Source of the DNA: Actinomycetota bacterium
Lineage (GTDB): Bacteria > Actinomycetota > Acidimicrobiia > Spongiisociales > UBA4744
Reading direction: 5' to 3'
DNA: 64,000 bases
Assembly: GCA_013152275.1 (NCBI GenBank)
Contig: JAADGS010000018.1
Location: forward strand, 80,136 to 144,135
Below, in pieces: positions 39,021 to 48,691 of the stretch; position 1 is the stretch's first letter; each line of letters starts with the position of its first letter. The notes below the pieces were generated by a model that was not told the DNA's origin, ran no database searches, and saw only the letters and a list, made by a program, of their open reading frames with translations. A program made the position numbers and the translations under genes.

Positions 39021-39887
39021 TCTTGCTTGCCGCCCTTGCCACCGGCACGTTCGTGGTCCTGGTCGCCGCCGCTCTCGGAGGAGTGACTCCCGCCCGGTCC
39101 CGTCGTAAGGCCGCTCATCTCGCCAAGACGAGACTGTGGCTGACCCAGGCAGGGGTCGACCTCGCGCCGCTCTCGTTCATCGTCGCGATCGTCGCGTTCG
39201 GCTTCGTGGCATTGGTCATGTTCGTGGCGGCCACAAAAAGCCCGATCGTCTCCGTGTTCCCCGCGATCGCCGTGGCATCGCTTCCGGTGCTCTCGGTGTC
39301 GCGTCGCAGGGCGCGCCGTATGGAAGAGGTGCATGCGGCGTGGCCGGACGGACTGAGGGATCTCGTCGCGTCGGTCGCGTCGGGCATGTCGCTCGCGCGC
39401 TCTCTGGATCGGCTCTCCGAGCGGGGGCCGGTCCCTCTGCGGGCCGCGTTTGCCGGATTCCCGCTCATGGCACGAACGGTCGGGGTCATTGCCGCACTCG
39501 AGATCGTCAAGAGCGAACTGGCGGATCCCTCGTCGGATCGCGTGCTGGAGGTGCTGATACTCGCCCAGGAGCGCGGAGGCGCCGCCATCTCCGAGATCCT
39601 GGAGGATCTTGCCGAGGCCGCCACTCGCGATCTGTGGGCGCTGGAAGAGATCAGGACCGAATCGCTCGAGCAGAAGATCAACGCTCGCGCCGTGTTCGTG
39701 CTGCCGTGGCTGGTCTTGGTGGCCCTCACGTTGCGTGACGGGGCATTCCGGGATTTCTACCGGAGCCCGGCGGGCGTCCTCGTGGTGACCGTCGGGGCCG
39801 CGCTGAGCGCCCTCGGGATGTGGCTGGTCGCCCGTCTCGGGCGTGGACGAGCCGAGGGTCTTCGCTCCCGCGGGAGGTGCCCGGTGA
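39017..39887 (+). CDS. tadB: TadB; frameshifted near 39845 so it reads through into tadC
   Basis: WPDGLRDL...SGMSL T2SSF motif; native-looking end DEPRVFAPAGGAR* lies in another frame. Confidence 0.7.
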
Positions 39888-40813
39888 TCGCCTTGGCTGT
39901 CGCCCTGAGCACGGGGATTGCGGTGGTCGCGGCAGTGTCTCTGGTGGCGAAGCCGATGCCCCGACTCGGCCCGCGGGTCCGTCCCTACAGTGTTGCGAGC
40001 ACGGTCAGTCTCGGGGGAACACCCGAGCTCGGTCGGGCGGGCCAGGCATCGGTCGTCGGGATCCTGAAGGTGATGCTCGACAGAGCAGGCCGGCGACTCG
40101 GCCGGATCGTGGACGGCTCGAGCGAACTCGAGATGCGACGCAAGCTGCGCCAGGCGGGTCTGTTCCCGACGGTCGACGAGGGGCGCCGTCTGGCCGAGTA
40201 CCGGCTTCGCCAGCTGTTCTCCACCGCACTGGCCACGGGCGCCGCGTTCCTCGTGGCGACGGTGGTGGGACTCGATACGAGTGCTGCCCTGGCCGTGGGC
40301 GGCCTGGGGTTCATCGTGGGAGCCACCCGCTGGAGGGGTCGTCTCGACAAGGCGATCGATGACCGCAGGATGCGTCTGCGGATCGAGGTATACACGATCA
40401 ACCAGCTGCTCTCCATGCGGGTGAGAGTGGGCGGCGGAGTCGTCCAGGCCGTCCAGTACGTCGTCTCGCGGGGCGTGGGAGCAATGGCGGGAGAACTCGC
40501 CGAGGCCTTGCGACTGCATCGCAGCGGAGTGCCGGCGTCGGAGGCACTCGCTCGCATCGCACACTCGACACCGGAGCCGCACGCCGCCAGAACCTACTGG
40601 CTGTTGTCGTCGGCCGAGGAGCGGGGAACGGACCTGGCGGGCGCGCTACTGGCCCTCGGGGAAGACGTCCGGGAAGCACGGCGAGAAGCCATCAGGCGTG
40701 CTGCGACGAAGCGACGCGCCGCGATGTTGATTCCGACCATCGCGATTCTCGCACCAATCATGCTGCTGTTCGTGGCGGCACCGCTGCCGAGCATCGTGTT
40801 CGGCGGCCTCTAG
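39884..40813 (+). CDS. tadC: TadC (type II secretion F family)
   Basis: GGGAGG RBS plus GTG; ERGTDLAGAL; MLIPT...LLFVAAP. Confidence 0.8.
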   Translation: MIALAVALSTGIAVVAAVSLVAKPMPRLGPRVRPYSVASTVSLGGTPELGRAGQASVVGILKVMLDRAGRRLGRIVDGSSELEMRRKLRQAGLFPTVDEGRRLAEYRLRQLFSTALATGAAFLVATVVGLDTSAALAVGGLGFIVGATRWRGRLDKAIDDRRMRLRIEVYTINQLLSMRVRVGGGVVQAVQYVVSRGVGAMAGELAEALRLHRSGVPASEALARIAHSTPEPHAARTYWLLSSAEERGTDLAGALLALGEDVREARREAIRRAATKRRAAMLIPTIAILAPIMLLFVAAPLPSIVFGGL

Positions 40814-40826
40814 GGAAGGGGTAGTC

Positions 40827-40994
40827 ATGCAGGCGATCATGGAGATGATTCATCGGGACGAGAGGGGGCTGAACACTGCGGAACTCCTCGGAAACGCGGC
40901 GCTGGCGATCATCGCGTTGATCGCCATCTGGGCCGCTCTCCAGGCGCTCGGGCTGGACATCGTTGCATGGATTCGCGCGCAGCTGCTCGGCTGA
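40827..40994 (+). CDS. flp: Flp/type IVb pilin (55 aa, missing from the ORF track)
   Basis: MQAIMEMIHRDERG|LNTAELLGNAALAIIALIAIW...: prepilin Gly, +5 Glu, hydrophobic helix. Confidence 0.8.
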   Translation: MQAIMEMIHRDERGLNTAELLGNAALAIIALIAIWAALQALGLDIVAWIRAQLLG

Positions 40995-41125
40995 CGGCGC
41001 ACGCAACCGGTTGGACGAGCGGCAGGTGGAGCCCGGCATCCCCGCTTCGGGGTTCGAGCGCCGAGTCCGGTCACGAGCAACGGTGCGTGTCACGGCGGGA
41101 TGACGGGCATGGTGCCCCGAAGCCG

Positions 41126-41500
41126 GTGCGTGACGGGTCGTGCGGCTTTGCGACCGCGCAGTTCGTTCTCGCCGCCGGGCTTGGGCTGATGTTCTTCGTC
41201 TTCTTGGCGAACATGATCGTTTTCCAGTACGGCAAGGGGGTCGTCCGAGGGGCGCTCAACGAAGGGGTGAGGGCAGGTGCCCCCTCGGCCGCCGGACTCG
41301 AAGACTGCGAAAGGGCTCTCGCAGACACCCTCGGTGACCTGCTCGGAGGAACGATGGGCGAGGGGGTCGCTGCGAGGTGTTCGACCGATGGGGTGTTGGT
41401 GAGCGCCGATGCGAACGTGACGTTTCGCTCGTGGATACCGGGAGTGCCCGACTGGACCTTCACCGTGTCTGCGCAGAGTGTCAAAGAGGCTGCGCCGTGA
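41126..41500 (+). CDS. TadE-like pseudopilin
   Basis: G|FATAQF plus TM; ALNEGVRAGA; start uncertain. Confidence 0.7.
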   Translation: MRDGSCGFATAQFVLAAGLGLMFFVFLANMIVFQYGKGVVRGALNEGVRAGAPSAAGLEDCERALADTLGDLLGGTMGEGVAARCSTDGVLVSADANVTFRSWIPGVPDWTFTVSAQSVKEAAP

Positions 41501-41889
41501 AGGATCGCGGATCTGCGCCCCTCGAACTTGCAGCAGCCGTAGGCCTTCTGCTCATTCCAGCCGTTCTGCTCGTGCTGAGTTTCGCCCCGTGGGTGGAGCG
41601 TCAGATGATGGCGCGTGAGATCGCCCGGAACGTCGCTCGCACCGCCGCCGCCACCGCAGAGTTCGCCGACACCGGAGATCTGGTTACACGCGCGGCGCTC
41701 AACTACGGCGTCGATCGTGAGGATGTCACCGTGACCCTCGGCGGGAGTGTCGGACGTGGCGGGCTCGTCACGGCAACGGTGGACGTCCGCATGCCCGCGA
41801 TCGTCATTCCCGGAGTCGGTGAGTTCGGGTCGGTGACCTGGACCGTTCACCACACCGAACAGGTGGATCCGTACCGGAGCTATCCGTGA
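41497..41889 (+). CDS. TadE/TadF-like pseudopilin
   Basis: DRG|SAPLELA plus TM; ends VDPYRS. Confidence 0.8.
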   Translation: MKDRGSAPLELAAAVGLLLIPAVLLVLSFAPWVERQMMAREIARNVARTAAATAEFADTGDLVTRAALNYGVDREDVTVTLGGSVGRGGLVTATVDVRMPAIVIPGVGEFGSVTWTVHHTEQVDPYRSYP

Positions 41890-42283
41890 GCAGGGACCGC
41901 GGATCGATCACGATCTGGGTGTTGGGGCTCGTCATCCTGGTGATGGCGCTCGGGGGGTTGTCGCTGGACCTGTGGCGGGGACTCGCCGTGCGAAAGGCGG
42001 TCGCCGCGCGGCGGTCGCCGGCGCCTCCGGCATCGATGAGATGGCGTGGCGCAACGGAGAACTTCGACTCGATGCCCCGAGAGCACGCTCGCTCGCCGAC
42101 CGGGTCATCGCGGCCGAGCCGGATGCCGCGTCGCTCCGGTGGCGGGTGCAGGTGACCCCGCAGGAGATCACGGTGACCGTGGAGCGCGACGTGGATCTGA
42201 CCTTGCTCGAGATCATGGCTCCCGGCGACGAACCGCTCCGGGTTCGCGTGCGCTCCACGGCGCACCCCCAACGCGGAAGCTGA
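41886..42283 (+). pseudogene. TadG-like pseudopilin, frameshifted near 42008
   Basis: DRGSITIWVLG N-terminus in one frame, AAVAGASGID...HPQRGS continuation in another. Confidence 0.7.
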
Positions 42284-42288
42284 CCGAA

Positions 42289-42316
42289 CGCGGTACTTCG
42301 TACTTTGTACCTGGTA
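42289..42316. repeat. Heptamer tandem repeat
   Basis: cgcggta cttcgta ctttgta cctggta. Confidence 0.55.
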
Positions 42317-42457
42317 TCGCAACCTACCCGGCATGCGGGACCGTAGGGCGAACGTCGCGACTCCTGCAGGCTGTCGACCGATGACCGGCTCGCCTTGTTG
42401 AAGACGACGGAACGAGGCATAATCACCGTTCCACCTCTTCTTCCAAGGAGTTACGTC

Positions 42458-43105
42458 ATGCAAGTCACGCTGCGCGCCGAAACAGGGCGCGAGCGAGGGA
42501 GTCGGCCCTCACGAAGGTTGCGGCGCCAGGGTCTGGTCCCCGCCGTCGTCTACGGTAGGGGCCTGGAGCCCGTCGCGATCGCCGTGAATGCTCGCGAGCT
42601 GTACGCGGTGCTGCACTCGGATGCGGGCCTCAACGCGCTCATCAACCTCGAGATCGAAGATGGCGCCTCCCAGCTGACCATGGCCCGTGAGCTGCAGCGG
42701 CATCCCGTCCGCGGCGAGATCACGCACCTCGACTTCGTCACGATCTCACTCACGGAGAAGACACAGGTCGAAGTCGGCATCGAGCTGATCGGCGAGTCCG
42801 AGGGTGTCATAGAAGGTGGCATCGTCGAGACGATTCGCAACAGTGTCGAGGTGGAGGCCCTGCCGACAGAGATCCCACAGTCGATCGTCGTGGACATCAC
42901 GGAGATGACGATCGGCGACACGCTGCGCATCTCCGACCTTCCCGCCATCGAAGGCGTCGAGTATCTCGACGACCCGGACGACCCGGTCGTCACCATCGTC
43001 GTGCCTGCGGCGATCGTTGCCGAAGAGGCCGTCGAGGGTGAGGAACTCGAAGAGGGCGTCGAGGGCGAAGAGGGCGAAGAGGGCGAAGAACCGGAAGGCG
43101 AGTAG
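42458..43105 (+). CDS. rplY: 50S ribosomal protein bL25/Ctc
   Basis: RRLRRQGLVPAVVYG; QRHPV..HLDF; acidic tail. Confidence 0.95.
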   Translation: MQVTLRAETGRERGSRPSRRLRRQGLVPAVVYGRGLEPVAIAVNARELYAVLHSDAGLNALINLEIEDGASQLTMARELQRHPVRGEITHLDFVTISLTEKTQVEVGIELIGESEGVIEGGIVETIRNSVEVEALPTEIPQSIVVDITEMTIGDTLRISDLPAIEGVEYLDDPDDPVVTIVVPAAIVAEEAVEGEELEEGVEGEEGEEGEEPEGE

Positions 43106-43113
43106 CCACCCGT

Positions 43114-43698
43114 ATGAAGGTGATCGTCGGCCTGCGCAATCCAGAGCGGCGCTACGACGGGACCAGACACAACGTCGGAGGGGAAGTCGTCGAGGCCGTC
43201 GCGGAGCGATGGGGCTTTCGCCTCCGTCGCGGCCCGCGGCGCGTGGCCGCTTCCGTGGCCCAAGGGAGCATCGGCGGGGTCGATGTGATCCTGGCCCTCC
43301 CTCGTGTTGCGATGAACGTCTCGGGACCGCCGGTGGCATCCATCCTGCGCTACTACGGTGCGAGCACCGACGATCTTCTCGTCACGCACGATGACATCGA
43401 TCTTCCGTTCGGCCGACTTCGCCTGCACTACGGGCGAGGATCCGGTGGCCACAACGGGGTGCGCTCGATCGTCGCCACCATAGGCAGCCGGGACTTCTAC
43501 CGACTCAAGATCGGTATCGGACGTCCACCGGGGCGCATGGACCCTGCAGCATTCGTGCTGCAGAGATTCGGCAAGGACGAACGTCCCGAGATCGACCGGC
43601 TCATCAGCGATGCCGCGGACGTCATCGAGCAGTATCTCGTCGATCCCGAGAGCGCCGTGCAGGCCGCCGGTGGTCGACGGCCGCAGGATCCTCGGTAG
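43114..43698 (+). CDS. pth: Peptidyl-tRNA hydrolase
   Basis: [31 protein letters not shown]. Confidence 0.95.
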   Translation: MKVIVGLRNPERRYDGTRHNVGGEVVEAVAERWGFRLRRGPRRVAASVAQGSIGGVDVILALPRVAMNVSGPPVASILRYYGASTDDLLVTHDDIDLPFGRLRLHYGRGSGGHNGVRSIVATIGSRDFYRLKIGIGRPPGRMDPAAFVLQRFGKDERPEIDRLISDAADVIEQYLVDPESAVQAAGGRRPQDPR

Positions 43699-43720
43699 GG
43701 TGACGGCGAAGGAGGTTCCA

Positions 43721-45226
43721 TTGTTCGTCGCTGCCATCGATCAGGGGACGACGAGCAGCCGCTGCATGGTCTTCGACCATGCCGGAATGGTCGTCTCGTC
43801 TGCACAGAAAGAACATCGACAGATATTCCCGAGACCGGGATGGGTCGAACATGACGCATCCGAGATCTGGGATCGGACGGTCGAGGTTGTCGAAGGCGCC
43901 CTTTCGGCCGGCGGCCTCACCGCTTCGGACCTGGCGGCGGTCGGGATCACCAATCAGCGCGAAACGACCGTTCTGTGGGACAGAGCCACCGGGACGCCCG
44001 TTCACAATGCGATCGTGTGGCAGGACACACGCACCGCAGAACTCTGTGAGCACCTTGGTGGAGCAGAGGGGCCCGACCGATTCCGGTCTCGCACGGGGCT
44101 CCCGATCGCCACCTACTTCTCGGGTCCGAAGATCGCATGGCTGCTGGAACGGTCGGCCGAGCTGAGAGCTCGTGCCGAATCCGGCGACGTGCTGTTCGGG
44201 ACCATGGACACGTGGCTGCTCTGGAAGCTCACCGGTGTGCATGCGACCGACGTGACGAATGCAAGCCGCACCTTGCTGATGGACCTGGAGACACTCCAGT
44301 GGGACGAGACCCTGCTCGCAGAGATGGGTATCCCGCGTGCGATGCTTCCCGAGATCCGATCTTCCGTCGGCGTGTTCGGCACGGCAGCAGGGCCGCTCGA
44401 GGGAGTTCCCGTTGGCGGGATTCTTGGAGACCAGCAGGCAGCCCTGTTCGGACAGGCGTGCTTCGATCCGGGCGATGCCAAGAACACGTACGGAACCGGC
44501 TGCTTCATGCTCATGAACACGGGTGGGCGGCCGGTGCCGTCCAAGAACGGACTGCTCACCACCGTCGGCTACCGCATCGGGTCGGAGCCCGCCGTGTACG
44601 CGCTGGAGGGCTCGATCGCCGTGGCGGGCGCCATCGTCCAGTGGCTGCGGGACAATCTCGGCATCATCGAGCGATCCGGCGATGTCGAGGCATTGGCCAA
44701 GACGGTGTCCGACAACGGGGACGTGTACTTTGTCCCGGCGTTCAGCGGTCTCTTTGCCCCTCGATGGCGTGCCGACGCGCGGGGAGCGATCGTCGGACTG
44801 ACACGGTTCGCAACATCAGGGCATATTGCGCGGGCGGCCCTGGAATCGACGGCATTTCAGACCCGGGAAGTGCTCGACGCGATGCGCGCGGATTCCGGTG
44901 TGCAGTTGAGAGAGCTCAAGGTCGACGGCGGCATGGTCGTCGACGGGTTGTTGATGCAGTTCCAGGCCGACGTTCTGGGAGTACCCGTGATTCGACCGGA
45001 GGTCGTGGAGACGACGGCGCTCGGCGCGGCCTATGCGGCCGGACTCGCGGTCGAGTACTGGGACGGCCCGGCGGATCTGCGGGCGAATTGGAGCGAGAGT
45101 TCGCGATGGACGCCGGCGATGGGCGAGAAACGGCGAGACGCACTGTACGCACGATGGAACCAGGCGGTCGAACGGACGCTCGGGTGGGTGCCGGCTGGTA
45201 GCCTCGAAAGAGCGGCAAAGGAGTAG
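43721..45226 (+). CDS. glpK: Glycerol kinase
   Basis: [37 protein letters not shown] start after AAGGAGG. Confidence 0.95.
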   Translation: MFVAAIDQGTTSSRCMVFDHAGMVVSSAQKEHRQIFPRPGWVEHDASEIWDRTVEVVEGALSAGGLTASDLAAVGITNQRETTVLWDRATGTPVHNAIVWQDTRTAELCEHLGGAEGPDRFRSRTGLPIATYFSGPKIAWLLERSAELRARAESGDVLFGTMDTWLLWKLTGVHATDVTNASRTLLMDLETLQWDETLLAEMGIPRAMLPEIRSSVGVFGTAAGPLEGVPVGGILGDQQAALFGQACFDPGDAKNTYGTGCFMLMNTGGRPVPSKNGLLTTVGYRIGSEPAVYALEGSIAVAGAIVQWLRDNLGIIERSGDVEALAKTVSDNGDVYFVPAFSGLFAPRWRADARGAIVGLTRFATSGHIARAALESTAFQTREVLDAMRADSGVQLRELKVDGGMVVDGLLMQFQADVLGVPVIRPEVVETTALGAAYAAGLAVEYWDGPADLRANWSESSRWTPAMGEKRRDALYARWNQAVERTLGWVPAGSLERAAKE

Positions 45227-45233
45227 GAGCAGC

Positions 45234-45635
45234 ATGAAGATCGTGGTCGGCTTTATCAGGACTCAGGAAGGCGAAGCGGCACTGCAGGCGGCAATCGATG
45301 AGGCGAAGTTACGCAATGGCGAATTGGTCGTGGTGCATTCGATGATGGGCGGCGACCACGAGAAAGCGGAGCATGTGCTCGCCTATCGAGAGGAACTCGA
45401 CGAAATCGAGAGACGCCTCGACGAGGAGGGCGTTGCGCACAGCGTCCATGAGTATGTGCGAGGGTATTCACCTTCCGAGGACCTCATCAAGGCAGCCGAC
45501 GACGAGGGTGCCGGCCTGATCGTGATCGGGCTGCGGAAGCGCTCCGCCGTGGGAAAGCTGCTGCTCGGCAGCAACGCCCAGGAGATTCTCCTCGGCGCCC
45601 ACTGCCCCGTGCTCGCCGTCAAAGCGAAATACTGA
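45234..45635 (+). CDS. Universal stress protein
   Basis: IVVG; IVIGLRKRSAVGKLLLGSNAQ; CPVLAV. Confidence 0.92.
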   Translation: MKIVVGFIRTQEGEAALQAAIDEAKLRNGELVVVHSMMGGDHEKAEHVLAYREELDEIERRLDEEGVAHSVHEYVRGYSPSEDLIKAADDEGAGLIVIGLRKRSAVGKLLLGSNAQEILLGAHCPVLAVKAKY

Positions 45636-45680
45636 GTATCTCGTACCCGGCATCTCGTACCTGGCACCAGGTACGAGATA
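45632..45680. repeat. Heptamer array forming a perfect 13-bp hairpin
   Basis: tctcgta cccggca tctcgta cctggca ccaggta cgagata; ATCTCGTACCTGG/CCAGGTACGAGAT. Confidence 0.6.
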
Positions 45681-45716
45681 CCAGTGCCGTCTGATCGTCG
45701 AGAACCGGGAGTTCCC

Positions 45717-47093
45717 ATGCCCTATCGCACCATCATCGAACCGTTCCGGATCCACAGTGTTCAGGCGATCAACTTTCCGACCCGAGAGGAGCGCGAAGCC
45801 GCTCTACGGCGTGCCGGATACAACCTGTTCGGACTGCACGGCGATGAAGTCATCATCGATCTTCTGACCGATTCGGGGACCGGCGCGATGTCCTCACGCC
45901 AGTGGGCGGGGATGATGGACGGCGACGAGTCCTACGCCGGGAGTCGCTCCTTCTACCGTTTCCGAGACGTCATCACCGAGATCACCGGCTTCTCCGAGAT
46001 CATCCCGACCCATCAGGGACGGGCATCCGAGCGCATCCTGTTCAGCACGATCGTCGGACCGGGCGATGTCGTGCCCAACAACACGCACTTCGACACGACG
46101 AGGGCGAACATCGAGCACCAGGGCGCCGAAGCCAGGGATCTGCTCAACGCCGAAGGGCACGATCCGACGGTCGTTGCGCCGTTCAAGGGCAACATGGACA
46201 TCGACGCACTCGAAGCCACCATCCGAGAGGTCGGCGCCGAGCACATCCCGATGGTGATGGTCACGGTCACGAACAACTCCGGTGGCGGACAGCCGGTATC
46301 GCTTGCGAACCTGCGGTCCGTCCGGGAGGTGTGCGACCGCCACGGGATCCGTTTCTTCCTCGATGCCTGCCGCTTCGCAGAGAACGCCTGGTTCATCAAA
46401 CAGCGCGAAGACGGATACGCCGACAAGACGCCTCTGGAGATCGCCCAAGAGATGTTCTCGATCGTCGACGGCTGCACGATGTCGGCGAAGAAGGACGGCC
46501 TTGCCAACATCGGTGGCTTCATCGGTCTGCGCGATGCCGAGCTGGCGCAAGAGGCACGCAACCTGCTGATCCTCACCGAAGGGTTTCCCACGTACGGTGG
46601 CCTCGCCGGGTACGACCTGGAAGCGATTGCGATCGGGCTCCAGGAAGTGCTCGACGAGGAATACCTGCGGTATCGGATCCGCTCGACCGCATATCTCGCC
46701 GAGAAGGTGCGTGCCGCCGGTGTCCCGATCGTTCGGCCGCCGGGAGGTCATGCCGTCTATCTCGACGCCAAGGCGTTCCTGCCGCATGTCCCACCGAGCG
46801 CCTACCCGGCGCAGGCGCTGGCGATCGAGCTGTATCGGGACGGAGGCGTCAGAGGCGTCGAGATCGGTTCGGTCATGTTCGGCAAGCCGCAGGACGACGG
46901 GACCGAGATCCCGTCGGAGATGGAGTTGGTGCGCCTCGCCGTACCGCGCCGGACCTATACGCAGAGCCACATCGACTACGTCGGCGAAGTCGTCATCTCC
47001 GTCGCGCAGCACGCCGAGGAGATACGCGGGTACAGGATCGTCGAGCAGGCGCCGTGGTTGCGTCACTTCACTGCCCGCTTCGAACCCCTCTAA
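45717..47093 (+). CDS. tnaA: Tryptophanase (beta-eliminating lyase)
   Basis: EPFRI; DLLTDSGT; MSAKKD; EGFPTYGG; C-terminal LRHFTARF (His as in TnaA, not LRFFT of TPL). Confidence 0.88.
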   Translation: MPYRTIIEPFRIHSVQAINFPTREEREAALRRAGYNLFGLHGDEVIIDLLTDSGTGAMSSRQWAGMMDGDESYAGSRSFYRFRDVITEITGFSEIIPTHQGRASERILFSTIVGPGDVVPNNTHFDTTRANIEHQGAEARDLLNAEGHDPTVVAPFKGNMDIDALEATIREVGAEHIPMVMVTVTNNSGGGQPVSLANLRSVREVCDRHGIRFFLDACRFAENAWFIKQREDGYADKTPLEIAQEMFSIVDGCTMSAKKDGLANIGGFIGLRDAELAQEARNLLILTEGFPTYGGLAGYDLEAIAIGLQEVLDEEYLRYRIRSTAYLAEKVRAAGVPIVRPPGGHAVYLDAKAFLPHVPPSAYPAQALAIELYRDGGVRGVEIGSVMFGKPQDDGTEIPSEMELVRLAVPRRTYTQSHIDYVGEVVISVAQHAEEIRGYRIVEQAPWLRHFTARFEPL

Positions 47094-47148
47094 CTCGTTC
47101 TGGTGACGCTTCGACGGGATTATTCCCGTGAAGCGTCACGAGAACGGG
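47094..47148. repeat. REP-like palindrome family A, copy 1
   Basis: Long imperfect hairpin; 31-bp core identical to 57031-57061. Confidence 0.75.
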
Positions 47149-47183
47149 AGGATGTAGCATCGATCCGAGAGTGAGGAGAAGTC

Positions 47184-47726
47184 GTGTCATTACCCGACCT
47201 GCTTGGTGTCATCCGAATCTTGATGACCCCGCTGGTGATGGTGCTGGTCCTCACCGACAGTCGAGCCGGATTCCTCGTCGCCGCGGCGCTGTTCGTGATC
47301 GCAGCGTTCACCGATTTCCTCGACGGGTACTTCGCCAGACGGTGGGACATCGGGACCGTCCTCGGCGCCTTCATCGACTCGACCGCCGACAAGCTGCTGG
47401 TCACCGGCACGCTCCTGGCGCTGATCGCCGTCGATCGCGTGTCGGTATGGGCGGCGCTGATCATCATCGCCAGGGAGATCGTCGTGATGACGCTGCGCGG
47501 CGTCGTCGCCATCGAAGGTGAGCTCGTCAGACCGTCCATCTGGGGCAAGGCAAAGGCGAACGTGCAGTACATCGCCATCGTGCTCGCCATGCTTCGTCTC
47601 TTCAAGCCGTTGGGGCCGCTGTTTCTCGACGAATGGGTGATGTGGGTGGCGGTGCTCCTGACGCTCGCTTCGGGCTGGGGTTACGTGCAGGCGTTCCGCT
47701 CCGTCGTCGGGAGGGTCGATCGGTGA
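47184..47726 (+). CDS. pgsA: CDP-diacylglycerol--glycerol-3-phosphate phosphatidyltransferase
   Basis: TDFLDGYFARR...GAFIDSTADK motif. Confidence 0.85.
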   Translation: MSLPDLLGVIRILMTPLVMVLVLTDSRAGFLVAAALFVIAAFTDFLDGYFARRWDIGTVLGAFIDSTADKLLVTGTLLALIAVDRVSVWAALIIIAREIVVMTLRGVVAIEGELVRPSIWGKAKANVQYIAIVLAMLRLFKPLGPLFLDEWVMWVAVLLTLASGWGYVQAFRSVVGRVDR

Positions 47727-48691
47727 GTGTGTTCGTGACCGGCGGCTCCGGCGTCGTCGGTCGTGAGGTCGTCCGACTGCTTGTCGCCGACGGAAGGGAT
47801 GTTCGCGCTCTGGCCCGATCCGACGCATCGGTGAGTCTCGTCGAGGATCTCGGCGCCCGGTCGATCCGGGGAGACATTCTCGACTATCCGGGTCTGGTGA
47901 ACGCGATGCGCGAATCGGAGACGGTCTTCCACATCGCAGGGATGAACACGATGTGTGCTCGGGATCGGGAACCGATGCGGATGGTCAACGTCGACGGTAC
48001 CCGCAACGTGATCCGCGCCGCGGCGGCCGCAGGGGTCCGAAGAGTCGTCTGCACCTCGTCGGCGGTGACCCTTGGTGAGCGCAGGGGGGAGATCGGCTCC
48101 GAGTCGAGCCGCCATCGCGGATGGTTCCTGTCCGCATATGAGCGCACGAAGTTCGAGGCCGAGCAGGTGGCGCTGGGGGAGCGGATCGGCGTCGAAGTCG
48201 TCGCCGTCAACCCGTCCTCGGTGCAGGGGCCCGGGCGTGTCACCGGAACCGGCCGCCTGTTGCTCGCTCTTCTCAACGGCAAGCTCCCATTCGTCATCGA
48301 CACCCGAGTCAGCCTCGTGGACATCACCGACTGCGCACGAGGCCATCTACTCGCCGAGACCAAAGGGGCGACCGGAGAACGGTATGTGTTGTCGGGGTTC
48401 ACGATGACCATGGAGGAAGCGGTGTGCATGCTCGGCGACGCGGCCGGTGTACCGCTCCGTGTGCGTAGGGTGCCCGGGTCGATGGCGACCGTGGCCGGGG
48501 TGCTGGTCGAGGGCGGTGGGCGCCTTCGGAGGCGGACGCCGCCGTTCTGTGGGGAGATGGCCCGCGTCATCCGGTTCGGACATGCGTACGACGGATCCAG
48601 GGCGACGCGAGAACTTGGCCTTCGCTACACCGCGCCGCGCGACACCATCGCCAGGACGGTCGCCTGGTATCGGGAGAACGGCTACCTGTAG
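47723..48691 (+). CDS. NAD-dependent epimerase/dehydratase (dihydroflavonol reductase/HpnA-like)
   Basis: VTGGSGVVG; YERTK; VNPSSVQGPG. Confidence 0.88.
   Translation: MSVFVTGGSGVVGREVVRLLVADGRDVRALARSDASVSLVEDLGARSIRGDILDYPGLVNAMRESETVFHIAGMNTMCARDREPMRMVNVDGTRNVIRAAAAAGVRRVVCTSSAVTLGERRGEIGSESSRHRGWFLSAYERTKFEAEQVALGERIGVEVVAVNPSSVQGPGRVTGTGRLLLALLNGKLPFVIDTRVSLVDITDCARGHLLAETKGATGERYVLSGFTMTMEEAVCMLGDAAGVPLRVRRVPGSMATVAGVLVEGGGRLRRRTPPFCGEMARVIRFGHAYDGSRATRELGLRYTAPRDTIARTVAWYRENGYL

Noticed and set aside
43030..43102. GAGGGCGAA tandem repeats
   Set aside because: Encode the normal acidic tail of bL25
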